From: an uncultured Gammaproteobacteria bacterium | Lineage (GTDB): Bacteria > Patescibacteriota > Microgenomatia > 2-02-FULL-39-11 | NCBI GenBank assembly: GCA_964544585.1 | Contig: CAZJBV010000001.1 | Location: forward strand, 45,330-109,329 | DNA: 64,000 nt | Direction of reading: 5' to 3' | In this document: piece after piece, positions 18,067-27,341 of the stretch | Layout of the letters: each line of letters begins with the position of its first letter | Position numbering within the stretch: the first letter of the stretch is position 1 | Notes under the pieces: model-generated | Seen by the model: only the letters and a program-made list of their open reading frames with translations | The model's database searches: none | What the model was told of the DNA's origin: nothing | Program-made: the position numbers and the translations under genes

Positions 18067-19449
18067 TCAAGGGCGAGAGGGATTACGTAGAGATTCGAGT
18101 TCCTCTTCGTAGATCTTCATGAGTGGTTTTGTTAAATCATAAGTGAGAGTTTTGGTAGTATGAATGCCGAAATAAATTTTGCGCAATTTCTTTTCTTTGT
18201 GCTTGGCGATTTTGAGAAATTTTTTGATAAAAAGATCCATTAGCGGACCTTTTACACCTTTTTGATAAGCCATGAGAAAGGCAAGCAATTGCTCGTCGCG
18301 ACCTATACCACTTTCGGCATAGGCACTATCTTTAACACCATCTCCATTAGAAAAAATTGTATATAATTTCTTTTTTTTATTAAGTAGCATATTTTCGGTA
18401 AAACCTACTCGCCTGGGATTTATACCTAGGGCGAGCATAAAAATATAAATCCTGGCGCATTTGGTGCATACTCCGCACCATCGTTTGGTCTTTGCCTGGT
18501 CCTCGTCGGCAAAACAGGACATTTGGTATTTGGCAATTTGAGGATATCGATAGTGAAGTATCTTCATAATAGCCAATTCGTGAATTGGTTCGACAAGAGA
18601 AGCAAAAATGGAATTTGATCCCATCACTTTGGCGATGGCATTGCTTGATAGGAGCCATTCGCAACTTTGTTCAAAAACGGGGTTGACGCGGTAACCATCT
18701 TCATCGGTAAATACTTCATTACAACTAGCCTCATTTGCCCAAAAAAGGTACTTACTGCGAGTACCGAAAATGTAAGGAATAAGAAGCAAAGTGTACTGGG
18801 TGAGAAGTAAATCCCATCCCCACCATTTGCCTGTTGTTTGCCGCAGCCATCCGGGGGTGACGGGAAAGATATTGACGTCGATATCGAATTCATCAAAAAA
18901 TCTTTGGGCAAGGCGATATTTGTGTCTATTTTCATAGGGACTTCTGGGTTCGCGGAAAAAAATTGGGTATGGTTCTATACTCAATTCTTTGGAGAGGGCA
19001 AATGTAAGTAAACTATCTTTGCCGAATGAAAAAGGAATGATTGATCTTTTGGTACTATTTCGATTGACATTTTTAAAACGTGCGTATCGAGGGCGTTTTC
19101 CAAACTCGATTTTAAAATGAGTATTATAAAGTTTTTTGAGAAGAGTCCCCATGGTGACGTTGCTTTCTGTGAGTGAGGTTTCGGGTAGAGAATAAACCAT
19201 ACCTTTGAAGAAAAATGATTCTGTTGGCGGCGGAGGAAAGTTATAGATAAGTTTTTTATGATTAGTGAGGCTAAGATGCATGGTCAAAAAATAAGTGACG
19301 GAGTCGGCAAAGTTTTGGCGGTAGACGTCAGGAAATTGCCTCCAAATGGATTGAGGATATGTCAGGAAGTAATCTTTTCTCCCGAGAGAAATTTCGATGC
19401 CATTGTGTAAAACTTTGCGACGGATGTGCAGTTCTCCGTTTTTGACCAT
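18067..19449 (-). CDS. PP-loop protein resembling peptidoglycan epimerase MurL
   Basis: SFGKDS PP-loop, NE.S, ELAI, SC...WCGVCTKC Cys cluster. Confidence 0.55.
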   Translation of the reverse strand: MVKNGELHIRRKVLHNGIEISLGRKDYFLTYPQSIWRQFPDVYRQNFADSVTYFLTMHLSLTNHKKLIYNFPPPPTESFFFKGMVYSLPETSLTESNVTMGTLLKKLYNTHFKIEFGKRPRYARFKNVNRNSTKRSIIPFSFGKDSLLTFALSKELSIEPYPIFFREPRSPYENRHKYRLAQRFFDEFDIDVNIFPVTPGWLRQTTGKWWGWDLLLTQYTLLLIPYIFGTRSKYLFWANEASCNEVFTDEDGYRVNPVFEQSCEWLLSSNAIAKVMGSNSIFASLVEPIHELAIMKILHYRYPQIAKYQMSCFADEDQAKTKRWCGVCTKCARIYIFMLALGINPRRVGFTENMLLNKKKKLYTIFSNGDGVKDSAYAESGIGRDEQLLAFLMAYQKGVKGPLMDLFIKKFLKIAKHKEKKLRKIYFGIHTTKTLTYDLTKPLMKIYEEELESLRNPSRP

Positions 19450-19450
19450 G

Positions 19451-20689
19451 TTAGCCTATAAGATCTTTTCCCATATATTTGTGTAATATTTTGGGAATTC
19501 TAATTTGACCCTTTTCGGTTTGAAAATTTTCCAGTATGGCAATTAATGCTCGAGATATGGCTATGGCTGTACCATTGAGCATGTGGACATATTCTGTTAC
19601 TCCATCTTTTTTTCTATATTTTATATTGAGACGCATGGCTTGATAATCGGTGCAATTGGATGTGGAAGTGATTTCGCCATATTCTGCCTTTCCCGGCATC
19701 CAGGCTTCGACGTCAAACTTCCGCACTGCTGGGGCGCCGAGATCTCCAGAAACTATGTCTACTACTCGATAAGGAATTTCCAGTTTTTGATATATTTTTT
19801 CTTCTATTGACAAAAGATAATCGTGCATTTTGGGAGACTCTTCGGGTAGACAGTAAATAAACATTTCTACTTTAGTAAATTGGTGGACACGATAAAGACC
19901 TCTTGAATATCTACCGTAGCCGCCGGCTTCTCTTCGGAAACAATGAGAGATGCCGGCATATTTGAGGGGCAGATCTTTGGCATTTAAGATCTCATCTTTG
20001 TGATAGCCACCTATGGTGACTTCGGCGGTGGCGATCAGGCCCAAATTTTCATCTTCTATTTTATAAATTTGAGATTCGGGCCCACGCGGTTTGTAACCGA
20101 TGCCATCTAAAACTTCCAATTTTGATAGATCCGGTGTTTCGATAAAAGTAAAGCCTTCTTCTTTTAAAATATCAAAGGCAAAATTTATAAGGGCATATTC
20201 TAGTAAAACAGCATCATTTTTGAGAAAATAAAATTGACTGCCTGTAACTTTGGCGCCTTTGTCAAAATCAATAATGTCCAATTTTTTTCCAAGTTCGACA
20301 TGATCGAGAGGTTGGAAATCGAATTTTGGTGGAGTCCCCCACTTTTTTATTTCAACTGCTTCATTTTCGTCGGTGCCGATAGGGGTTTTTGGGTCTAATG
20401 TATTTGGCAATGTCCAGAGGAGTTCTTTTAATTTTTTTTCTGAATCGACTAATTCTGGTTCTATTTTTTTTAATTCTTCTTTTACTTCTTTGCCTCTTTT
20501 TATGTTTGCATCAGAAAAATTTTTACTTATTTTGTTTCTTTCTTCTCGAAGTTTTTCAATTTTTTGAATAAGATCTATTCTTTTTTTGTCAAGTCCCAAT
20601 ATTTGCTCAACGTCTATGTTGACGTTTCTTTTTTTCAATATATCAATAGCTTGGCTTTTATTATTGCGAAGAAATTTTAGATCGATCAT
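19451..20689 (-). CDS. serS: serine--tRNA ligase
   Basis: ATAEV, CFRREAG, RVHQFTKVE, GEITSTSNCTDYQ, LNGTA. Confidence 0.97.
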   Translation of the reverse strand: MIDLKFLRNNKSQAIDILKKRNVNIDVEQILGLDKKRIDLIQKIEKLREERNKISKNFSDANIKRGKEVKEELKKIEPELVDSEKKLKELLWTLPNTLDPKTPIGTDENEAVEIKKWGTPPKFDFQPLDHVELGKKLDIIDFDKGAKVTGSQFYFLKNDAVLLEYALINFAFDILKEEGFTFIETPDLSKLEVLDGIGYKPRGPESQIYKIEDENLGLIATAEVTIGGYHKDEILNAKDLPLKYAGISHCFRREAGGYGRYSRGLYRVHQFTKVEMFIYCLPEESPKMHDYLLSIEEKIYQKLEIPYRVVDIVSGDLGAPAVRKFDVEAWMPGKAEYGEITSTSNCTDYQAMRLNIKYRKKDGVTEYVHMLNGTAIAISRALIAILENFQTEKGQIRIPKILHKYMGKDLIG

Positions 20690-20698
20690 GTTTGGGGA

Positions 20699-21457
20699 TT
20701 ATCTTGTTTCGTAGCCTAAAGTGACGGAGACGTTTACCTCTGTTTGTCCCGATTGCAGTTCTGTTGATTTTTCGTCTGGTGAGCCTGCCGCAGTTTCCGC
20801 CGCGCGGTAAATTGGAGGAAATGGTTCGATCGGGTTTTCATAGACATTGATAATTTTACCTAATGTAATTCCAGTTTCTTTTGCTATTTCTTGGGCTTTT
20901 TGTTTGGCTTTTTCTATTGCCTGTTTTCGTGCTTCTGCTCTATATTTTTCCATGTCATCGATTTCAAATGACACCCCCCCTATCTGATTGGCACCGTTTT
21001 TGGAGGCGATATCAATGACTTGGTTTCCCTTTTCCAGATCTCTTGCCTTTACTTGGATATTGACATTTATAGAGTAGCCTGTAATTTTTTGAGTGCCACC
21101 GGAGTAATCATAATTTGGATTTATATTGTATGTGGTGGTTCGAATATCTTTTTCTTCGATTCCAATATTTTTTAGATCCTGAGTAATGGAATTTATAATC
21201 TCATTGGCCCTAGTTTGCACCTGAGATACATTTGTTCCTTGAGTAGAGTAGCCAATATTCACAACAGCAATATCAGGTTTGGCATAGGCTTTGCCTTCTG
21301 CTGTAACTGAAAAATAATCATTTTTCATGGTGGAAATTTGATTGACATAAAGTGGGAAACTTAGACCAAGAGAAGTGGTGAGAAATAGACCAACTAAGAT
21401 TGAGATTATTACTGCAACGGAGATAATAAGAATTTGTCTAAATTCTTGCGGAATCAT
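20699..21457 (-). CDS. SIMPL (DUF541) domain protein
   Basis: VTAEGKAYAKPD, DIRTTTYNINPNY, GANQIGGVSF, A.QKA. Confidence 0.9.
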   Translation of the reverse strand: MIPQEFRQILIISVAVIISILVGLFLTTSLGLSFPLYVNQISTMKNDYFSVTAEGKAYAKPDIAVVNIGYSTQGTNVSQVQTRANEIINSITQDLKNIGIEEKDIRTTTYNINPNYDYSGGTQKITGYSINVNIQVKARDLEKGNQVIDIASKNGANQIGGVSFEIDDMEKYRAEARKQAIEKAKQKAQEIAKETGITLGKIINVYENPIEPFPPIYRAAETAAGSPDEKSTELQSGQTEVNVSVTLGYETR

Positions 21458-21469
21458 AAGATAATTATA

Positions 21470-22036
21470 CTATAAACCTAGTTCTTGTGATATCTCCTGC
21501 ATCGCTTTTAGAGCTTTGGTGATGAAATCTTCTTTTTTTATACCAAGTTTTTCTTCGCACATGGCGATTTGTTCTCTTTTGGCGCCGGCAGCAAAGGATT
21601 TTGTTTTATATTTTTTCATCACAGAATCTGTTGTAACTGATAATAATTTCTTATCCGGTCTGACAAGTGCCACAGCAACTATAAGACCTGTCAATTCATC
21701 GCAGCAAAAAAGCGACCACTCGAGATTGTTTTTGGGCGGGTTTTGGCCGGTGTGGGCAAAGTTATGGGAGGCAATCGCCGATAAAATTCTTTCATCAGTC
21801 TCCCCTACTTCTTTTAACCATTCAGACATCTTAATGGTGTGTAGTTCTGGTTTGTCTTTGACTTCTTCATAATCTCCATCATGTAAAAGTCCCACTATTC
21901 CGTATACTTCTTCATCTTCTCCGAAATGTTTTGCCAGTGCTCTCATCACTGCCTCTACAGAGAGACAGTGGCGAATGAGGTTTTTATTCTTCATGTGGGC
22001 GTCTAATAATTCCCAAGCTTGTTGACGTGTAATCAT
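21470..22036 (-). CDS. HD-domain phosphohydrolase
   Basis: HCLSVE, GLLHDGDY, DELTGLIVAVALVRP. Confidence 0.9.
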   Translation of the reverse strand: MITRQQAWELLDAHMKNKNLIRHCLSVEAVMRALAKHFGEDEEVYGIVGLLHDGDYEEVKDKPELHTIKMSEWLKEVGETDERILSAIASHNFAHTGQNPPKNNLEWSLFCCDELTGLIVAVALVRPDKKLLSVTTDSVMKKYKTKSFAAGAKREQIAMCEEKLGIKKEDFITKALKAMQEISQELGL

Positions 22037-22090
22037 AAAAGTAATTTTAAATTTTTAATTCTAAATTTTAAATCAATATTCAATTTTAAA

Positions 22091-22420
22091 TTATTTTGTG
22101 CTAATTGCAATTCTAGAAAATATTAAAGTCAATTCTTGTGCTTCTTTCCAGAGAACTCTGCATTCATCTCTTACTTTATCGTCTGCTTTAACAATTAATC
22201 TGAGCCAGTATTTTGTCTCTCTTGCTTCTTTCTTACAAATAACAATTTTGTTTTTAAAATCTTTTTTACTTCCTGCACCGTTTGCTTCGAAATAGTTTGC
22301 TCCTATACTGGTTGCTGCTCTGACCAATTGATTAATAATCGGCGATGTAATAGATGAAGGTTTAACTTTCTTACACATTTCTATTACTCTTTCGGAAAAA
22401 TCGGCTGTTCTTTCTTCCAA
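22091..22420 (-). CDS. four-helix-bundle protein (23S rRNA-IVP-like); start uncertain
   Basis: QLVRAATSIGANYFEA, KEARETKYWL; flanked by AT-rich short tandem repeats. Confidence 0.85.
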   Translation of the reverse strand: MEERTADFSERVIEMCKKVKPSSITSPIINQLVRAATSIGANYFEANGAGSKKDFKNKIVICKKEARETKYWLRLIVKADDKVRDECRVLWKEAQELTLIFSRIAISTK

Positions 22421-22447
22421 ATCGTATTTAGTATTTAAAATTTGGAT

Positions 22448-24751
22448 TTAAATTACTAATCCTTTCATCTCTACGCTTCCACCACAGTATTTTTGAATAA
22501 TAGCGATTGTTTCGTCGAGAGATCTTTGGACTTTTTGCCGAGTGGCGTCATAAATTCCATCAAGATTTAAAATAACATTTTTCGTATCCAGGGTGACTGC
22601 GGTTCTTTTTGCATCTCGAAAATTAAAATCAATATTGTATCCGCCGATAGCATCAAAATAGGCAATTTCTTTTTCTGTGTAGGCGGTAGGTTTTTCGTCG
22701 CCTAAAAGATGGATTTCTTCTCCTTTTTTGGCAAATCTGATGATGGTCGGCAATTTCATTTTATCCAGATCAAAGGCGCCGACAGAGACTCTATGCTTCA
22801 TAACAATTAGATTGTAAGAATCGACGCAAGTATTTATGGTGTATAATCCTTTTTTAAGAGCAACCCGACGAAGAAGGGCTTCGGGAGAAGGACGACGTGA
22901 ATGCCAGTCGATTCCCGTCTCTTTATAGAGTCTTCTATAACTTATAATCTCCGGATATTTTCCAAGTTCTTCTGTGGTGAGGCCTTGAATTGAAGATAGA
23001 AATTCTTCTTTTTCTTTTTCTAATTCAGGGTTTGTTTTTTCTACTTTTATTCCTTTAATAATGGCGATGCCTATTGAGATCGATGGATATTTTTCTTTTA
23101 ATTTGGGATCGATGGAAAAAATATCCGGTCGAGAAATAGTTTTAATTGTTGATATTTTTTCTTTAGTTTTTTGTTGTTTATTCAGCGTTAATCGTTCGCT
23201 GATTACATCTTTGGGAAATTTATTGAGTAGCCAACCAGCTCTAGGTCCATAAGGTTTATCAAGTATTACTGTATACAATGCTTTAAAGGCATCTTGGTAA
23301 TTGATATTAATGGATTTAGTTAGCTGAAAAATTTCAGATTGCAACTTTTCAGGGTCTTTTGATTCTTGCCAAATTTTTGCCAGACCATTCAAAAATTTCC
23401 ATTGATTTTCAGATAGCGTAATTTCAGGAAATGATTTTATTGATATTTGATACTTATATTCGTTAGGAGCATATTTACTTAACCAAACAGTGGCATTGGT
23501 AAGTCGGTCCTGCAAAATATCATTTTCTTCATCTGTGAGTGAAGATCCTTTAATTTGAGCAAATCGGTCCCAGAGTTTAACGTTTGGAAGTTGTCTAAAA
23601 TTCGCTATATCTCGAAAGCGGGGAATAAAAAGATTAGGATTTTTTGGCGGAATGTCATCAATTTGAGATAATTCATAGGCACGGGAGAGGTCGGGGTCAC
23701 CGCTTTTATTATATGCTTGCCAGCAACGATCGTACTCGTCAAAAAGATCAGGGATAGCCATGGTTTCGACAGGATCAAACTCGATGGCCTGTCGGTAGTC
23801 TGTCCTTGTAAACATAAACCGGACTAGGTATGGTGGCATAATATCTGAAACTTCTTTTGCAGACACACCCATACCTTTACTGGATGACATTTTTTTACCG
23901 CCGATGAGGAAAAATTCGTGCGAAAACCCAAAAGGAGTAGGATAATCAATCACACGTTTACATATTTGTTCTGCAATATCATGCGAGCCTCCGGCGCCCA
24001 TATGGTCTTTACCCGCGCCTTCAATTGTCACGCCAATTACTTTCCATTTGACCGCCCATTCTACTTTCCAAGATAACTTTCCAACAAATTTTCCATTGTT
24101 GCTAAATGGGCTAATTTTACCTTCATACCCGCATCCCTTAGTCCAGTCGACGGCATCTTCTTTGCAGGTAAAATGAACGTTTTCACTATCCCATTTGTAG
24201 ACTCTGGTGGTAGACTCTTTACCGCATTTCGGACAAACTACTTGGAATGGATACCAATCAGGTTGGAGCGACTTTTTGTACATTTTTTCATAAATATCCC
24301 GAATAATATCAGCTTTATCCAGACAAATTTTAATATCCTTGTTCATTTTGCCTGATTTATATAAATCAGCACTCCAGATGATTTTTGGTTCCGATCCAAT
24401 TTTATTGAACACGTGTTTGAATTCCAAAGCAAAGTACTCGGCATAATTTTTCGCAGCTTTGGGATCAGGCGAGGGAATAGTAAATAATGGTTGCCCTAAA
24501 TATTTTTCCCATTTTTCTTTCTCCAGATAAATTGGCAAACCATCCATGGGATCCTGGTCTTCAAAAACATAGCTGAATGTCACTTTTTGTCCGGAGTCTT
24601 TTAAAGCGCGGTTTATTGAGTCGTGTACAACAACGCCCCGAAGTGAACCGACATGAATCCTGCCCGAAGGAGTCTTCATGTCGTCAACCCAGTAGGGAGT
24701 GTATTTACCAGAATCTATTATCTTTTTTGCAATTTTATCGGCCCAGAACAT
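22448..24751 (-). CDS. lysS: class I lysine--tRNA ligase with C-terminal B3/4 domain
   Basis: MFWAD, PSGRIHVGSLRG, GKDH, KMSSSKG; C-terminal ~220 aa with RPSPEALLRR, INTCVD.YN, GAFDLD (B3/4). Confidence 0.92.
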   Translation of the reverse strand: MFWADKIAKKIIDSGKYTPYWVDDMKTPSGRIHVGSLRGVVVHDSINRALKDSGQKVTFSYVFEDQDPMDGLPIYLEKEKWEKYLGQPLFTIPSPDPKAAKNYAEYFALEFKHVFNKIGSEPKIIWSADLYKSGKMNKDIKICLDKADIIRDIYEKMYKKSLQPDWYPFQVVCPKCGKESTTRVYKWDSENVHFTCKEDAVDWTKGCGYEGKISPFSNNGKFVGKLSWKVEWAVKWKVIGVTIEGAGKDHMGAGGSHDIAEQICKRVIDYPTPFGFSHEFFLIGGKKMSSSKGMGVSAKEVSDIMPPYLVRFMFTRTDYRQAIEFDPVETMAIPDLFDEYDRCWQAYNKSGDPDLSRAYELSQIDDIPPKNPNLFIPRFRDIANFRQLPNVKLWDRFAQIKGSSLTDEENDILQDRLTNATVWLSKYAPNEYKYQISIKSFPEITLSENQWKFLNGLAKIWQESKDPEKLQSEIFQLTKSININYQDAFKALYTVILDKPYGPRAGWLLNKFPKDVISERLTLNKQQKTKEKISTIKTISRPDIFSIDPKLKEKYPSISIGIAIIKGIKVEKTNPELEKEKEEFLSSIQGLTTEELGKYPEIISYRRLYKETGIDWHSRRPSPEALLRRVALKKGLYTINTCVDSYNLIVMKHRVSVGAFDLDKMKLPTIIRFAKKGEEIHLLGDEKPTAYTEKEIAYFDAIGGYNIDFNFRDAKRTAVTLDTKNVILNLDGIYDATRQKVQRSLDETIAIIQKYCGGSVEMKGLVI

Positions 24752-25406
24752 AGACCTTTCCCTTTTTTGCTTTATTCCAATTATACGATAATATGGGCGC
24801 AGAGCATACTAGTGTCATGTTTTTATCGTGATAGTAATGCAGAGAAAAATAATCTGAAAAGCTTGGGTATTGGTTAAGAAAATAAAAACTTTTGCCGTCT
24901 GATAATCCTATATTCATGCCTTCAATTGAACGTGAATGGGAAATGAGAGTTTTGTGGACAGAATCTAAAGCCTGACTTAATGATTTTTTTTGCTTTTTAA
25001 ATAATTGAATAAGAGAAAAAATTTTTTGTGCTCCGATTTTTCCGAAAAGGGGAAGATTTAGGCGAACGCCTTTTAGCATTCCATTGAAAACAAAACAGAG
25101 ACCATCGTCTATATACGGTTGATTGTATTCAATAATCCCCTTTTGGTCGGGAAAGCCTGCGCTCCTGGCGTGGACAATAAGGATTTTAGTTTCAGGCAAT
25201 TGTGGGAAAAGTTTATTATCTTTCCAGATGGGATTAAGTGATTTTTTGGTGATCCATTTTCCCGATGTTTCCCAAGCTACTCCCCAACCGTCATTCTGTA
25301 AATCTCCGTCTGGTGTGCGGCTTTTTTGGCACATTTGGGAAAATGCAGTTAAAAAATGCTGCGGATTAAATTTCCTTTTTGATTTTATGAGAAGGAAACG
25401 GCACAT
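24735..25406 (-). CDS. Ntn hydrolase, class II glutamine amidotransferase-like (EgtC/YafJ-like)
   Basis: N-terminal MCR, DGWG, HARSA, NQPY, FNG. Confidence 0.8.
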   Translation of the reverse strand: MCRFLLIKSKRKFNPQHFLTAFSQMCQKSRTPDGDLQNDGWGVAWETSGKWITKKSLNPIWKDNKLFPQLPETKILIVHARSAGFPDQKGIIEYNQPYIDDGLCFVFNGMLKGVRLNLPLFGKIGAQKIFSLIQLFKKQKKSLSQALDSVHKTLISHSRSIEGMNIGLSDGKSFYFLNQYPSFSDYFSLHYYHDKNMTLVCSAPILSYNWNKAKKGKVYVLGR

Positions 25407-25407
25407 A

Positions 25408-26553
25408 TTAATTTTTAAAAATTTCTTTTAGAGCGTTTATGACCATGTCTACTTCTTTTTTAGTTATCAAGTACGGAGGAAGAAAACGGACTATATTTGA
25501 TCCGGCTGGAATGGCAATAATATTTTTCTCTTGCAAAGCTTTTAGTAACCAGGTAGCATTTTCTTTCAATTGGATTCCAAGCATAAGACCAATACCTCTT
25601 GCCTCTAAAATTTTGTCTGAATCAATTTTTTTCAGTTGGGATAAAAAATATTCTCCAGTTTTTTTAATATGACTAAAGATATCTTTATTACCAAATTCAT
25701 CTAGAGTTGTAACAACACCGGCGCAGGCTAAGGGATTGCCACCAAAAGTAGTTGTATGAAGATGCATGGGAATTTTTTGCGCTATTTGTTCTGTCACGAG
25801 CGTTGCACCAATTGGTATTCCACCACCCAATCCTTTTCCAAGACAAAGAATGTCGGGTGAGATACCAAGTTGCTCTGATGCCAGGAATGTACTTGTTCTT
25901 CCTACTCCTGTTTGAATTTCATCAACAATGAGTAAAATATTGTTTTCCCGGCAGAAAGACTGAAGGGAGTGGAAGTATTCTTTTGACGCTAATTTGATTC
26001 CTCCTTCTCCTTGAATGGGTTCTGTAATAATTCCGGCGATATCTTTCGGTGCCATTTTTTTGAGAGCATTCACTTCACCAAAAGGAATATGAGTAAAATT
26101 CCAAAGAAGCGGAAGAAAGGGTACACGATATTTTTCTCCTCCCGTTGCTGAAAGAGCACCTAATGTTTTTCCATGATAGCCATGTTCCATAGCTATAAAA
26201 TGTTTTTTTCCAGTTGCAAGACAGGCAAATTTTAGAGCTGCCTCTATGGCTTCTGCGCCAGAATTTGAGAAAAATACTTTTGTTAATTTGCCCCCACAAA
26301 TAGTAATTAATTTCTCTGCAGCCTGATTTCTCATTTCGTTGTTAAATGAACCATGAAGATCAATAAGTTTAGATATTTGATTTACTAGTGCATCGTTTAT
26401 CTTTTGATATCCATAGCCAAAAATATTTACACCATAATTACTCCCGAGATCTAGATATTGTTTCCTGCTTGTGTCTATAAGATACATTCCTTTTCCTTTG
26501 ATAAAGGTAATACCCCTATTGGGGTATGAGGCGACTAAATGATTATTTAACAT
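25408..26553 (-). CDS. lysJ: [LysW]-aminoadipate semialdehyde transaminase
   Basis: class III aminotransferase (NSGAEA, EPIQGEGG, DEIQTG, GKGLGGG) in lysW operon. Confidence 0.85.
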   Translation of the reverse strand: MLNNHLVASYPNRGITFIKGKGMYLIDTSRKQYLDLGSNYGVNIFGYGYQKINDALVNQISKLIDLHGSFNNEMRNQAAEKLITICGGKLTKVFFSNSGAEAIEAALKFACLATGKKHFIAMEHGYHGKTLGALSATGGEKYRVPFLPLLWNFTHIPFGEVNALKKMAPKDIAGIITEPIQGEGGIKLASKEYFHSLQSFCRENNILLIVDEIQTGVGRTSTFLASEQLGISPDILCLGKGLGGGIPIGATLVTEQIAQKIPMHLHTTTFGGNPLACAGVVTTLDEFGNKDIFSHIKKTGEYFLSQLKKIDSDKILEARGIGLMLGIQLKENATWLLKALQEKNIIAIPAGSNIVRFLPPYLITKKEVDMVINALKEIFKN

Positions 26554-27341
26554 ATGGTTGTACCTCCACCTTTTAAGGCATTTGTAATAGGATGGGGAAT
26601 TCTGCCATCGCCGAAATAAATTTTTTTTGCTCCGAAATGGATTGCTTCCTTGACGCCGAGAAGTTTTTTTCTCATTCTGTCTTCTGTTTTTTTTATATAT
26701 TGATCTAACTGGTCAAATTTGATTGTTTTAATCATTGATTTTTTATCATCTCTATCCTCTAGTAAACCCGGGGCTTCAAAGAGGATGACTATTTTTTTTA
26801 TATTGAGATCGCGGACCATGACTGCGGCAGCTCTATCATTATCGACATTGATGAGTAGTCCATCAGCGGTTATTGCCGGAATGGTGATAACAGGAATAAA
26901 GCCGGATTTTATAAGCAAGGCTATCAGAGTTTTATTAACTGAAATTACATTTCCGGTGAGAGAGTTTCTTATTATTTTGGTTTTATTGCCTACTTTTGCA
27001 TAAATTACGTCTTTTTGTTTGCCAAGCCAGGTTTTGCCATCGGCTCCGGAAAGTCCAACTGCATTTAGGCCATGTTTTTGCAGTGTAGCGACAATTTTTT
27101 TGTTGATGAGACCACTATAGACCATAGTAAGTAACTCTATGGTTTGGCTATCAGTGTAGCGGCTGGTTTGGCCTGTGGGAGAGGTAATTATTTTTTCTTT
27201 TAACTTTAGTTTTTCGGTAATATCTTTCATCCAGGCATTTGCACCGTGCACTATCACATATTCTTCAGAAATGCTTTGCAAATCCGCGGCAATGTAATCC
27301 CAGTTGATAGCTTTTCCGCCACCAATTTTAATGATAATCAT
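26547..27341 (-). CDS. lysZ: [LysW]-aminoadipate kinase
   Basis: IKIGG, VHGA, SRYTD, NVDNDRAAA, MRKKL. Confidence 0.9.
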   Translation of the reverse strand: MIIIKIGGGKAINWDYIAADLQSISEEYVIVHGANAWMKDITEKLKLKEKIITSPTGQTSRYTDSQTIELLTMVYSGLINKKIVATLQKHGLNAVGLSGADGKTWLGKQKDVIYAKVGNKTKIIRNSLTGNVISVNKTLIALLIKSGFIPVITIPAITADGLLINVDNDRAAAVMVRDLNIKKIVILFEAPGLLEDRDDKKSMIKTIKFDQLDQYIKKTEDRMRKKLLGVKEAIHFGAKKIYFGDGRIPHPITNALKGGGTTIC

